64,000 nucleotides of DNA. Source: Minutocellus sp. GHC0000111. Lineage: Eukaryota. Under the pieces are notes generated by a model. It was not told where the DNA came from. It saw only the letters and a program-made list of their open reading frames with translations, and searched no databases. The position numbers were made by a program, and so were the translations under genes. The stretch lies in contig OZ361256.1 of assembly GCA_977018835.1 (NCBI GenBank), positions 4,712,001-4,776,000 on the forward strand. The letters run 5' to 3'. Positions 51,901 to 63,117 of the stretch are shown here, piece after piece (position 1 is the first letter of the stretch; every line of letters starts with the position of its first letter).

Positions 51901-53636
51901 AAAAGATGCAAACACAAAAAATCAGGTCGCGACAATGTGAAACTCACCTCCTCCACATATCATTGAGATGTTGGAACCAAGGAATTCGCTCCGGGACCAT
52001 CCAAATTGCTTTACAGCTGCCTCGTTCACCATTTGAATGATTCCACGCTCGTTGATATAGAACATAGCATCAAATGCAGCCTCGATGATGGATAGAGTAA
52101 GGCTATGCTTCAACCGCAGCTCCACCTTGTCATGCTTCTGATCACTCAGGTCCCGAACGACGCCCGTGAAGGTAACCTTGCCTCCACGGTGGAGGATTTC
52201 TGTCAAACCAAGTTCAATAGGAAACTCCTTTCCAGACTTGTGCCGGGCCATCAATTCTCGTTTCTTTCCCATCACGCGCTTTTCACCCGTCTTTAAATAT
52301 CGAGCAATGTATTGGTCATGGTTCTGCGTGGGAAAGAAAAAGTTACGACCAAGGCAAGAACAGTGGATGTGTAAGTGTGGGTTTCCATTTGGCAGAGTGA
52401 TAGAAGCCTGTGGTGAACACAGATTATCAGAATAAATCTACCATCGCAAACGATGAATCAACGACCAAGAAAAGTGAGCGTGAATTCAATTGCACAAAGT
52501 TCACTCACCTTGGCATGTCCACCTCCAACAATCATCTGAATGTTGGCACTGATGAACTCCTCCCGCGTATATCCAAAGGACCGGATGGCTGCCTCGTTGA
52601 CCATCATAATTATGCCTCGCTCGTTGATGCAAAACATTGGATCAATGCTGGCCTCAATGATTGTCGACGCCGTGAGCATTGTTTTCTGTTCGAGATCGAT
52701 CGGATCCAAAAGGGCACGGTCTCCGCCGACGGGACCGGCACTGACACCGGGACCCCCGGCTTCTCCGACCGCTGCTGGATTGGGACCCCGACCACCACCG
52801 CCGGCGCTGACTTTGTTTGACAACGTCATGGCCTCCATGGCCAATTCGGTGTCGTCGTAGTTGGCGCTCATGGCCCGATGCTGCCTCGACCACTCGTCGG
52901 CGGCATGGGAAAGCTCCTTAACGAAGACGCAGACGTAGGGATCGCCTCCGTCCACATCAGGAAGCTCCGGGGCCTGCTCGGCATCCGGACGAGATGCCGG
53001 AGCAGCGTAGGCCCCATCGTTTATTTTGAGCAGATTGACCGACACGGGGAAGGATATCCGCGTGGGCTGTCCATGATCGCCGCTACTACCGGCGGTGGTC
53101 GCGGGTTCGAGACGATATCCGACGCCATCCCTCTGGCAAATCTTGCCGTCGGGGAGAGACGCCAGGATATCACCCCAGGATGCCTGCTGCCTTTCAGGAT
53201 TGAAGGTTAAATTAGGTTGACCACCGCTAATGGGTGGCGACGACCGGGGCAGCCCAGTACTGCTGCCAGTAATTGTAGGGCCTGCGGCAGTTCCAGTGCC
53301 AACCGTCCCGCTCGACACGGACGTGCTGCTCACGACGCTGCTGCTTCGCTTCCTAGCATGGTCAGCGCCATTTGCCGTGGGAACTGGATATGTGCCAGCA
53401 TGGCCCATACGGTCTGCTGGTGCTGGCGGAAGGGAGAGCATCGATGACACGATGTGAGTTGACGAAGCGGAAGCGGCAGTAGCCGCCGCCGCTGCAGCGG
53501 CAGCAGATGGCTTGACGTTCCATCCGAACAGCTGTTCGGCGGCCCGATTGCCGTGCAGGACATTGCCACTGGCATCCAACAAGACGGCCGCCTCGTGAAG
53601 GGCGTCAAAGGTGAGAAGAATGGCCGGGCAGGGCAT
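48952..53636 (-). CDS. Multi-exon class III adenylate cyclase with five tandem FixL-like PAS domains
   Basis: Repeats of IIEASIDPMFCINERG...HDxY..RYL.TGEKRVMGKKREL.ARR.DGSEFPIELGLTE, then ELLLLNMLP, ILFADLVGFT, KVKTIGD, GPVIAGVVG and WGEAVNLASRMES. Confidence 0.9.
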
Positions 53637-53741
53637 GGTTATGTGAGTGAATGTAGGGCCGGCCCTCGGCAATGTATGTGTCAGTCGCCTCCCGTGTTCT
53701 GGTTATGATGCCGCGAATCTTATGTGTCGGGGATTTCTCTT

Positions 53742-55253
53742 TTATGCCCCCTGGGGCTCTCTTATAGTGCTTTGACCAGTCGTTCCATCACCGACGGTTC
53801 CGGTTCCAACCGTTCCGGTCTCTCGTGTAAGATCTGTTTCGTTCGATTCGATCACGCCCAAGGAAGGTTCGCTCTTGGATGTAGATCCAAACGTAGTCTC
53901 ATCTTCCTCCTTATTAGAAATGGCACCCAATACGCTCGCACCTGCAGATAATTTGCCACCACGATGATGTGCTGTGACTACAGCTTCAGTGACTTCATCA
54001 GATGGATTTCTCTTATCCAAAGCGAGTGGTCGAGCATCAGACGGTGCGGGTGAAGATGTCTGAGCCTTCTCTTGCCCATCATCAACGACTGTAATCTTTG
54101 CACCCGATCCTCTCCTCTTGGCAGCAAAAGCTGGAACAGTAGCAGGCATAGCCAAGTCAGGCTCTGGCTTGGGATACACTTCAATCGACAGGCGAAGGAC
54201 AGCATCGCCAGATGAGTCGATACTATACTTGTCAGGAAAGACCTCCATTTGACTCCTTGGCGTGGCCAAGGAGGTGGCCGTAGTCTTCTTCGCATCTCCC
54301 TTCGATTTCTTGGACAAGAACTTCTTGAGCGGTGATCTGGATTTCTTCTTGCCGACCTTCGATGAGTTGGTTTCGATTATGCTTGCAGCCGCGGAAAATA
54401 CTCCTGTCAAATGCTTCTCCATCTCTCTCAGAGATGTGATATCACGCCCCGTTTGGAGATCTACCATCTTCCTCTCCTTGGAAGTAGAACCGGGACCGAC
54501 CATTGGACGCGTCGCTGCCGTACTAAGAACCGGAAGGTCAATAACTCGTTCTCCCAGCTCGGCATCGTCACCGATAATGGTGAGACATGCAGCGCCGAGG
54601 GGATAAGCGCACCCGGCATCAATGCCCGAGACGCTCGGCGAAAGGACAATTCCAATGTTGAAGCTCTTTGGGGCGAACCGTGAGGTTGTCACAGAAGCAA
54701 TACTGACATCACCAAAACCTGCAGAACTCATGGCCTGTGACGTAGATTCCGTTCGAGCCAGCGGAGTCTCAAATTCCAGAACAACGGGCTCAGCTCCATC
54801 GCGTGAGTTCTTTGCTCCATCCCAAACTGCAAGATATCGCCCTGCCGACCTCATTGATCCCGGAGGGGCCACCTCGACAGCACCTTTCTCGGCATCCTTC
54901 TGCTGCATCCGCAGACTGGACCTCGATGCCTTGGTATCACCACTGAATGACACATCATCCCGCGGGATCACCACATCCTCGCCGGGAGAGGGACGGAGAG
55001 GAAGGGAGTGATTCGATGCGGCCCATCCATTGGAGCTGTTGGCGTTGCCGACAGGTCGGCCATCGCGGGAGAGCACAATTGCAGCCTTCATATGCTCCGG
55101 AGGGAGGGATGGGGACTTTTCGTTCGGAGTGTTGTCCACGACGACTCCCGCTAGGCCAAGGACCTTGTCCCGAACAATGTGGACGGCAGCATTTTGCTTC
55201 TGCTGTTTGATGGGCGCAAGGGCCGACGACGTTCGCTTGGTATTGGTGGCCAT
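53742..55253 (-). CDS. Hypothetical protein
   Basis: 503-aa ATG-initiated ORF with host-like composition and no recognised motif. Confidence 0.6.
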   Translation of the reverse strand: MATNTKRTSSALAPIKQQKQNAAVHIVRDKVLGLAGVVVDNTPNEKSPSLPPEHMKAAIVLSRDGRPVGNANSSNGWAASNHSLPLRPSPGEDVVIPRDDVSFSGDTKASRSSLRMQQKDAEKGAVEVAPPGSMRSAGRYLAVWDGAKNSRDGAEPVVLEFETPLARTESTSQAMSSAGFGDVSIASVTTSRFAPKSFNIGIVLSPSVSGIDAGCAYPLGAACLTIIGDDAELGERVIDLPVLSTAATRPMVGPGSTSKERKMVDLQTGRDITSLREMEKHLTGVFSAAASIIETNSSKVGKKKSRSPLKKFLSKKSKGDAKKTTATSLATPRSQMEVFPDKYSIDSSGDAVLRLSIEVYPKPEPDLAMPATVPAFAAKRRGSGAKITVVDDGQEKAQTSSPAPSDARPLALDKRNPSDEVTEAVVTAHHRGGKLSAGASVLGAISNKEEDETTFGSTSKSEPSLGVIESNETDLTRETGTVGTGTVGDGTTGQSTIREPQGA

Positions 55254-55779
55254 GGTTGGAAGGTTGGTGTTGCTTTGTCGAAAACGGATAGATCAGCAAC
55301 GACGGCTACGGACGAAGCGTAGGATTACGAGTTTGCAAATGGTGCAGCAAAGTCTTTGTCCAGTCCAGGAAGCAGAGCAAAAATCGTGCTAAAGCTTGTA
55401 GTACGAATGCGGACCACCCCCTTTCTCTCGACGAAGTCAACAGCTCAACGGTACATGTAAAGACGAGTGAGTCGAATTGCAGTATGAATTCCTATGAATG
55501 GGCCCGAGTTCAAATAATATCGCCCCAGGAAATTTCGTTCAGCTCAAACAATAGCAAGAATGCTCATAACAAGTCTTTGCCTTTGGCGTTGGCTGAGTCA
55601 TTGCCGAGAGACAGGGGCAAACACGACAGAGCCTACATGTAGGAATTCCTAGCCGCCCACTAACGATCGATCGATGAATGATGAAGCTCGAATCATCGAA
55701 TCGAATCAGAGAGGAGCAAAGCTCAGTCAAGAGCCAAGCGAGGAGTCGAGCCGCAGCACCTCTACAAATTTTCTTCAGC

Positions 55780-56748
55780 ATGTTTCTATCATCATCTCAA
55801 ATCGCTATAACTCTAGTCGTTTTCGGCATGTCATGTGGCCAAGCTGCCGCCTTCATGCCGGCGCCATCAGCACGAGCCCCACTCACCACCACTCACCGTC
55901 ACCACAGCAACCTCATTCCCGCTCGCCCTCGGGTGCTGCTGCAAAAATTGGCTGCATCGGAATCTGCGGCGGCAGAGCCTACCAATATGGACAGTGACCA
56001 GCAGGAGGATGATCCCTCTACTATGAGGCTCGGCGAGATTCAGGCGGAACTCAAGCAAAGGAAAATTTCGTATACCGACTGTTTTGACAAGGAAAGCCTC
56101 GTGAAGAGACTGAAGGATGCCCGAAATGGATTGGTCAAGCCGAGCGGGGAAGAAGAGAGTGCATCCCCGGCTGATGACGCGCAAACAAAGGATGATGCTA
56201 GCGCAAGCACCAGCACCAGCACTAACATCAGCACATTTGACAGAGATGCGGTCCTGGATGAGCTCAGATCTCTTCGAGTCAAGGAGCTGAGAACCAAGCT
56301 TTCCGAGCGCAATATCCGATGGGCTGGGTTGCTAGAGAAGGAAGATCTTGTCCGAGCTTTGGCCGATGCCATGGAACGGGCTTCCAACTTTTCTCCGTCT
56401 GGCGCCTTGGAGCCAGGATCGGTTGCCGATATCAACGACGATCAGCTGGAGGCCGAGATCAACAGAGCGAAGGACGTTGGGACGCCGCTACTGCTCGATG
56501 TATATGCTACGTGGTGCGGACCGTGTCAGATCATGGCGCCACAGTTAGCAGCGGCGGCAGCAGAGCTTGGCGAAAGCGTTCGTGTCGCGAAGATTGATTC
56601 CGATAAATACAGTCAGTGGGCCGCCAAGTTGAGAGTCGGGGGTCTCCCCACGGTCCTTGTGTTTGATCCCAGTGGCAAGGAGGTCAATCGTGTTGAAGGT
56701 GCCTTGATGAAGGATGGCCTTCTTGATTTGGTTCGTCCGCATATCTAG
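55780..56748 (+). CDS. Plastid-targeted thioredoxin-domain protein
   Basis: Signal peptide followed by AAAFMP, repeated small helical domains, and ATWCGPC. Confidence 0.88.
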   Translation: MFLSSSQIAITLVVFGMSCGQAAAFMPAPSARAPLTTTHRHHSNLIPARPRVLLQKLAASESAAAEPTNMDSDQQEDDPSTMRLGEIQAELKQRKISYTDCFDKESLVKRLKDARNGLVKPSGEEESASPADDAQTKDDASASTSTSTNISTFDRDAVLDELRSLRVKELRTKLSERNIRWAGLLEKEDLVRALADAMERASNFSPSGALEPGSVADINDDQLEAEINRAKDVGTPLLLDVYATWCGPCQIMAPQLAAAAAELGESVRVAKIDSDKYSQWAAKLRVGGLPTVLVFDPSGKEVNRVEGALMKDGLLDLVRPHI

Positions 56749-56844
56749 CTAGAGGTAGATCCTTACTTAGTACATGAAAAAGGAGGGATGCCTCATTGAG
56801 TATGCTAATGTTACGATTTCAATTCAACATCTGGCCGACGCGAC

Positions 56845-57474
56845 TCATAAATTCATTACCATGTCGCGATGCGGGATATCTCCTCCATCCATGTACTCTT
56901 CACGATCAGTCAGCTGAAATCCCATGCTCTTGTAGAACTCGAGAGCGTGCACTTGACTGCCCAGCTTTGCCTTTCCACCGCTATTCACCCCAACTTCCTT
57001 CCGTATCTGATCCACGCAAAACAAGACGATCTGACGGCCAATTCCCTTTCCTCTATGCTCGGAATGGACGCAAACTCTGCCAATCTTTCCAACCTTTCCG
57101 TCATCCACGTAAACAATTCTAGCTGCACCAACTGGCGTTTTGTCGTCTCCAGCAGTGGCCAAAATATGGGTTGCAGTCTTGTCATTCGCATCCATCTCAA
57201 TTTCTGCCGGCACCTGCTGCTCTTCAATAAACACTTTTCTTCTCACGCTGTAGCAACCCTTCATGTCTAGTTGATCGGCTGTAATGGCTCGAATAGTAAT
57301 GTCGGAAATCACTGTTGCCGAAGCATCGGCGGCATCAGCTGCTGCGTTCGGACTCATGCTCCACGTATGAGTACGTGTTCCAGTACCGAATTCGGTGGAG
57401 GTGGAGAATGCGCCGGTACGAGGGATGAAACAAAGAAAGAAACAGTAGAGGCAGATAAGAGAAGGAAGTTGCAT
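56845..57474 (-). CDS. GNAT acetyltransferase (ElaA/YjcF-like) with signal peptide
   Basis: VRRKVFIEEQQVP, KIGRVCV..EHRGKGIG and SQVHALEFYKSMGF. Confidence 0.85.
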   Translation of the reverse strand: MQLPSLICLYCFFLCFIPRTGAFSTSTEFGTGTRTHTWSMSPNAAADAADASATVISDITIRAITADQLDMKGCYSVRRKVFIEEQQVPAEIEMDANDKTATHILATAGDDKTPVGAARIVYVDDGKVGKIGRVCVHSEHRGKGIGRQIVLFCVDQIRKEVGVNSGGKAKLGSQVHALEFYKSMGFQLTDREEYMDGGDIPHRDMVMNL

Positions 57475-57715
57475 GAATGCATGCATTTGGTTGCTTCGTC
57501 CTAAGCGACCGCGTTGACCACGTTGCAACGTCCGTCGCGTCAGTGCAGGCAGCAGCAGTCGGCGGCAGCAGGCAGAGCAGGGCAACAGGGCGCGGCGGCA
57601 AAGATGAGGCGAGAGCAGAGCGAGAGCCCGGCCGCCCCGGCCGAGCGAGCGCGAGCTGGGATTTCCATCTTTCCGTCGATCGGTCACACGATCACATGAT
57701 GTGCGTGCGTATCTG

Positions 57716-57878
57716 TGCGTATCTTGGCTCACAACGAACTGCCAGCCACTTTTACCGGTATTCTCTTTGACCACGTACTTGGTTGGCTGCGTATCTTGGC
57801 TCACAACGAAGCGCCACTTCTCTTTGACTAGCCTACGTACTTGGTTGGCCGCCACTTCTCTTTGACTGCTGTACTTGG
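57716..57878. repeat. Mosaic imperfect direct repeats in a divergent intergenic region
   Basis: tgcgtatcttggctcacaacgaa x2, ttctctttgac x3, acgtacttggttggc x2. Confidence 0.8.
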
Positions 57879-57903
57879 CCCCAAACTCTTGCTTGTCTCT
57901 CCC

Positions 57904-59139
57904 ATGACACGAGCTCGTGTATTTGTCCCTCCCATAGGACTACTACTTATAAGCCTTGCGGTGATCCTCCCGACATCGTTGTCGTTTACTATACAGCACA
58001 GCTACAAGTACGGCTCACAGCTTGCCATGTCCGCTTCTCCTGCGGATTCATCAACGCCCAGCACTGTTTGAATTGCCGGCGCTGGGGTGATCGGAACAAC
58101 GACGGCATATTATTTGGCCAAGAATTTCAATATCAAGAGCGTTCTGGTTGATATTACCGGCGAAGTCGCCCCAGCTGCGAGCGGCAAGGCTGGTGGCTTT
58201 CTGGCCTTGGACTGGAACGACCACACGCCACCACTTGGACGGTTGGCCCGCCGCAGCTTTGCTCTGCACGAGGAATTGGCCAAGGAGTTTGGCGCCGACA
58301 AAATCATGTACCGACGTTTGACCTGTGCAAGTATTTCTGTCGATCCATCCAGACGCATGACAAAGCCCCAGGGGAAGAAATTGGCAGGTGTTGATGCACA
58401 AGACGATGAGTCTGATGACTCTGTATTGGGAATGCAATCTCTCGGCGATGAGGACACGATTGCGCAGGTTCATCCCAAGATGCTTTGTGACGCGCTATTT
58501 GAGGAAGCAAAAAAGGCGGCAGGTTGTGAAATAATCAAGGGGGAGGTGGATGTACCATTGTATAACGACGATAAGCTCGTGGGAATGAAGCTAAAGGATG
58601 GCACTGAAATCTCTGGAGACGCTTTGCTGTACGCATGTGGCCCTTGGACGAAGCAGGGAGTTATGCTCGGCGTCAAGTATCACTCAGTACACATTCCCAC
58701 CGAAAGAATTCTCAACCAGGCCGTTTTCTTTTCTGGATGTGGTGATCCTGAGGTGTATCCTAGACCTGATAAAACTGCTTACTGTTGCGGCTTTCCAGAC
58801 TCTCCTGTCAAAGTGAGCGAAAGTCCAGGTGAAGAGGAAGTGCGTCAGGAAAAGGTGGATGAAATTGTAAATGCCGTCAGATCGGCGTCTGGCAAGGATG
58901 GAGCTCTCAGTGCCGAACCTTGCTTAACGCAATCATGCTATTTGCCAAGTACGCCAGACGGCTTGCCGATGATGGGAGAAATCTCCACGCAAAAGGGCTG
59001 TTACGTGGCTGCTGGACACAGCTGCTGGGGAATCTTATTGGGCCCCGGCAGCGGGGAGACCATGGCAAATGTCATTGCTACAGGAAAGAGCACAGAGCAT
59101 GTTGATATCAGATTGTTTGACCCAAATAGATTTGATTGA
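57904..59139 (+). CDS. FAD-dependent oxidoreductase (DAO family, TDA3-like) with signal peptide; in-frame TGA at 58069-58071
   Basis: TV*IAGAGVIG Rossmann motif, ASGKAGGFLALDW, AQVHP and GHSCWGIL.GP. Confidence 0.85.
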
Positions 59140-59216
59140 GCTTCTTATTTTGCAGTAGTAGTCTCTAATTTTACACAATATTAACTAAAAAATAGGAGGG
59201 TATCGTATTACGAGTA

Positions 59217-60362
59217 TTAAACAAATCCATTCTGATCTGCTGGTGCTTCGACGAGACTAACGAAGTGCGATGAATTTATCCGGTGTTTGGGAGATCCCGG
59301 CCCTTCACAATCATCAAAGCCACGAAAAATTCCATTTATTGTTTTGATTTCCTCTCTCCGGTTCGTATCGTAGAGAGAGACGAAGTCAGCGCGAAGGTAC
59401 AAGAGCGCATCGCCAAACCATAGGAGAGACGAGGCGATTGGCCAGGCGAGGATGGCATCATCAAAGGAACAATCAGCAAGAATAACGTCCACCATCGAGG
59501 CTACGAAAAAAAAGGCATCTCCGATACTTTCCAATGTGTCAGCATTTTCCCACCAAGGCAACGCAGTGTCACCAGGTGCAGAAGGCGTGGAGGGCGTCGA
59601 TCGACTTCCACACACCGAAAATACTGCCGAAACGAGGTAAAAATGGACGGATGCAGCATTGAATTTACCCACGAGGGCGTCTCCATATAATCGCAATATG
59701 CTGGGTATGGCACCGGCTACGGCAAATAAGGCAGCGATACCAAATGTCAACGCTGCTGACAACTCTCGTCGATGTCCAAAGTGCCTTCGGATGCGCCGAA
59801 TGAATTTCCTTGATTTGGCACGGAATTTCTTTTGGGTCGGGACATCGCATGGCAACGAATCAGCGCACAACAATTCCGACGTGGCCGTGTTGTCGTCGGC
59901 GGTATCAAGTGTGGCTGGACTCGTCGCCGCTGAAGAGACACCAGACGAAGTCGAATGCTTCAGTTTAAGCAATGCCCGGCGACGCTTGTTCTTCCGAGAA
60001 GTTCGAAGAGCCCAAGTCACATCCACAACGGCATTCAGCAGATAAATCAGCGGTCCGAGCAGCCAAATGGATTGATAAAGGAAGAAATGCAGACTGTTGG
60101 TACCTCCATCTATCGGCGCTCCCTGCAACATCCAATCCCAAGAAGTTCCTACGATGTAGGCAATGCCCCCACCAAGAAAAAATGCATTTGATAATATTGA
60201 CATCTTGATGTCCGAATATGTGTCGTCTTCCTCGCGCGACGAAGCCGTAGTGGTAGTATTGTCAGAACTGATGTTTTGCGTCAACGGCTCGACTTGACCG
60301 GCAGCCACAGATATTGATGCGGGCCGGCCTCGAACTGGCTCGATCTCCAGGGAGGAAGACAT
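59217..60362 (-). CDS. Hypothetical multi-pass membrane protein
   Basis: About six hydrophobic segments in a long ORF. Confidence 0.65.
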   Translation of the reverse strand: MSSSLEIEPVRGRPASISVAAGQVEPLTQNISSDNTTTTASSREEDDTYSDIKMSILSNAFFLGGGIAYIVGTSWDWMLQGAPIDGGTNSLHFFLYQSIWLLGPLIYLLNAVVDVTWALRTSRKNKRRRALLKLKHSTSSGVSSAATSPATLDTADDNTATSELLCADSLPCDVPTQKKFRAKSRKFIRRIRRHFGHRRELSAALTFGIAALFAVAGAIPSILRLYGDALVGKFNAASVHFYLVSAVFSVCGSRSTPSTPSAPGDTALPWWENADTLESIGDAFFFVASMVDVILADCSFDDAILAWPIASSLLWFGDALLYLRADFVSLYDTNRREEIKTINGIFRGFDDCEGPGSPKHRINSSHFVSLVEAPADQNGFV

Positions 60363-61109
60363 GCTTGATTTACGAGGACGAAAGTAGAGGTGTGCGGGCA
60401 AAAGAGGTGGGGTGGTAGGAGAGATTAACGTGTGATGATAATGAGGCGAAGGGACAAAGGCTGTCGTTTGCATGTCTTTCAGGTACTTGTAGTTTAGCGA
60501 TCTACATTCGTATCGCGAGCAGTCGAGCAACTCTGGAGAACGCGAAGAGATGGCTGCGACGCAAAGGCGATCGCGAGGGCCGCATCAAGCAACAAACTTC
60601 AAATCGCCAGCCGAGCATCTCTAAACCTTTTGACGGGCCGATCTGTCTGCCCAACAAACAGCCATTTATGAACGATACGAAAAAGGGCTCTTGAGGAGGG
60701 CTTATGTAAAAGGCCGATGAGAATTCGGATGCGACATTACATACATCAGCCCCTCGAATCTTCCCGAGCTTGGTCGGAACATTTGCGAACATTTGCGCCG
60801 AGCAAAGCGGTAATCAAAACTGGGCGTCGTGCATCTTTCGCGACTTCAAGTGGTAAACAGGCTCAAGCCGGCCTCTGACCGCCGACGAATGTCTTCCTTT
60901 CACGCACAACAACGCCGGGAGAGGGATACCGTACACATGCCTTTTCCGTCTCGACCTCGCCAGCCAACTCAAAGTTCCATCTCTGGCCCAAGGCGAGCGG
61001 ACGCTGCTGCTGCCTACTGCTTCACTGGTACGCGCTGCTCTTGCCGAACTTCCGAATTCACCTAAAAAAAATCAGTTCTACTGTTATTAGGCCTGCGTCC
61101 AACATCAAC

Positions 61110-62961
61110 ATGAAGGGCCTTTTGAGCGGCTTGAAGAGCGAATCCATCCTTTGCGATGCTGCTGCTTCAAGTGCCGAAGACGAGGCAGCCAGCAGTACAA
61201 GAAGTCCTCTTCGAATGCCTTCGTCGTTGCAAGATACTCGTATATCCATCGGTAGCATTCACACATGTAGTGTATCAGCCTCCTCTTCCTCTGCTACCGC
61301 TGCTAGGTCCGCCGACGCGGATGGCAGCGAAACGGCGAAACTGACCCATGCCATCATGACCCTCAAGCTCGAGATGGCCGAGCTCCGAACATCACTCGAT
61401 GCCACGTCCAACCGTGAGAGCAAACTCCGTGCAGCCAAGACCGACCTCGATGATCGATTTGATAGGCTTACCACCGAGCGCGACAAGTACAAGTACAAGC
61501 TACGAAAGGCCGTCGATGCTCTGTCTCAGAGTAGGACGAGGATCAAGGACATGGAACGGAGCAACGCCGAGATCCGTGGCCGCCTCGAAGCGACCGAGGC
61601 CGAGCGGGATGGCGCTAAGCGGGAGCGACGGTCGGCGCTCGACAAGCTCTTGTCGTCGGCCAGCTTCGATGACGACTACGGCAGCATCTTTGAAGAAGGT
61701 GATGGCGCTAGAAGTGTGGCCAACGACGGCGTGGCCAGTATCGCAAGCCGCAGCATGCGCTCTTTCCGCAGTGCTGACAATGTCGACAACTCTCAGCGAT
61801 ACGATTATGTGGCAGAGCTCAAGGGGGGCGACGGAGGGAACAGCAATGCCCTCCCCAGCCGGCACAAAAGTAGTTTCCGCCGAGGGCGCACGCCGAACAT
61901 GAGCCGTGACGAGCCAAGTCTCCAGCAGGGCCAACATCCATCGGATGCACAGTCAGACGACGAAGGCTACCTGCGAGGCAACTACAGCTCCTCTAGCTTG
62001 GATCAGCACGTATCTACAAGCTTATGTTCGCTCGTCGAAGAAAAGGTCGGAGCCACCACAACTTTTGACCTCAACGACACGACCTCCCGCTCTAGGTCTA
62101 ATCGCGCTCGACAATCCTATACCCACCGTCGCGAATGGGCCCAAGTCGTGGCTCCGGCAGAGCTTGGACCATGTCTTCCAACCCGGTGGCGACAATTCCG
62201 CCAAGGACCGTCCGTTCCGTATCCCCAGTATTTTGGGCACTCCTAACGACGCCCTTGACGATCGTCGTGCCAGTCTGACCTCGCTGGCATCGATGGAATC
62301 GGAGCAAGTTGCCATCGAGGATGCTTTTAATCCCAAAAAGGAAACTCCAGGAATTGCCGAACATTCTGCACGCGTCACTGGCATCACCGCATCACCGAGG
62401 CCAGCACCAAACAATACCAATGCCAGATCTTTTAGTAGCAGCAGTAGCGGCAGCGGCACCAGCAGCGGTGGCGCTGGATCTGAAATGGCCCAAAATGATT
62501 CTCTATCCGTTAAAGACTTGTCTTGGCCTAGCCAAGAGGAACGTTAGGCCCTGAAGGAAATGCGGTCGAGGTCATCTAGCACCAAGGTTGACGATGATAC
62601 TGTTGCGGCAGATGTGGTCGCCGACGGCAAAAATGAAGAAGATGAAGGCAACGACGACAACTCGATCCAACCGACGAGCGATGTCCTCGGGAACGACAGC
62701 AGAAACAGCAACTCATCTCACGATACCGCCAGGGATGTCGACTTATTCTTTGATATGTTCAAATCTAAGGATGACGATTCACTTGGGAGTGAAGATGCTC
62801 ACTATCACAAGCCGCCTCCTTCGAAGGGCGACATGAGTAAGGATGACATTATTGGCAAGGGTGACGCCAACAGCGCCTCGTCGCACAATTCTCTGGAAGG
62901 AGGCAAGATATCTCTAAAAAGAATGCCCCACAGGAACTCGTGCGACGCTCAAGCAGCATAG
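61110..62961 (+). CDS. Coiled-coil/low-complexity protein with a frameshift (~62120-62250) and an in-frame TAG (62545-62547)
   Basis: Heptad-rich segment; three consecutive ORFs, the last two in one frame. Confidence 0.5.
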
Positions 62962-63117
62962 ACATGATCACATCAGTGCAAATTTGAATAGGGTTCAATC
63001 ATTGATTTGCTATAACTTCTAGGGCGCTTTTGATAATAGTCAAACTATTGTCTACACCACTGAATCACACAATAGGTAAAAAGTTTCTTTGTTATTTCAT
63101 TAAATACAGGACAAGTC

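Noticed and set aside
57716..57878. Repeats resembling a CRISPR array
   Set aside because: Irregular mosaic units, no unique spacers, eukaryotic context and no cas genes.
58069..58071. Selenocysteine reading of the in-frame TGAs
   Set aside because: The positions are not redox motifs, the families are not known selenoproteins and I see no SECIS.
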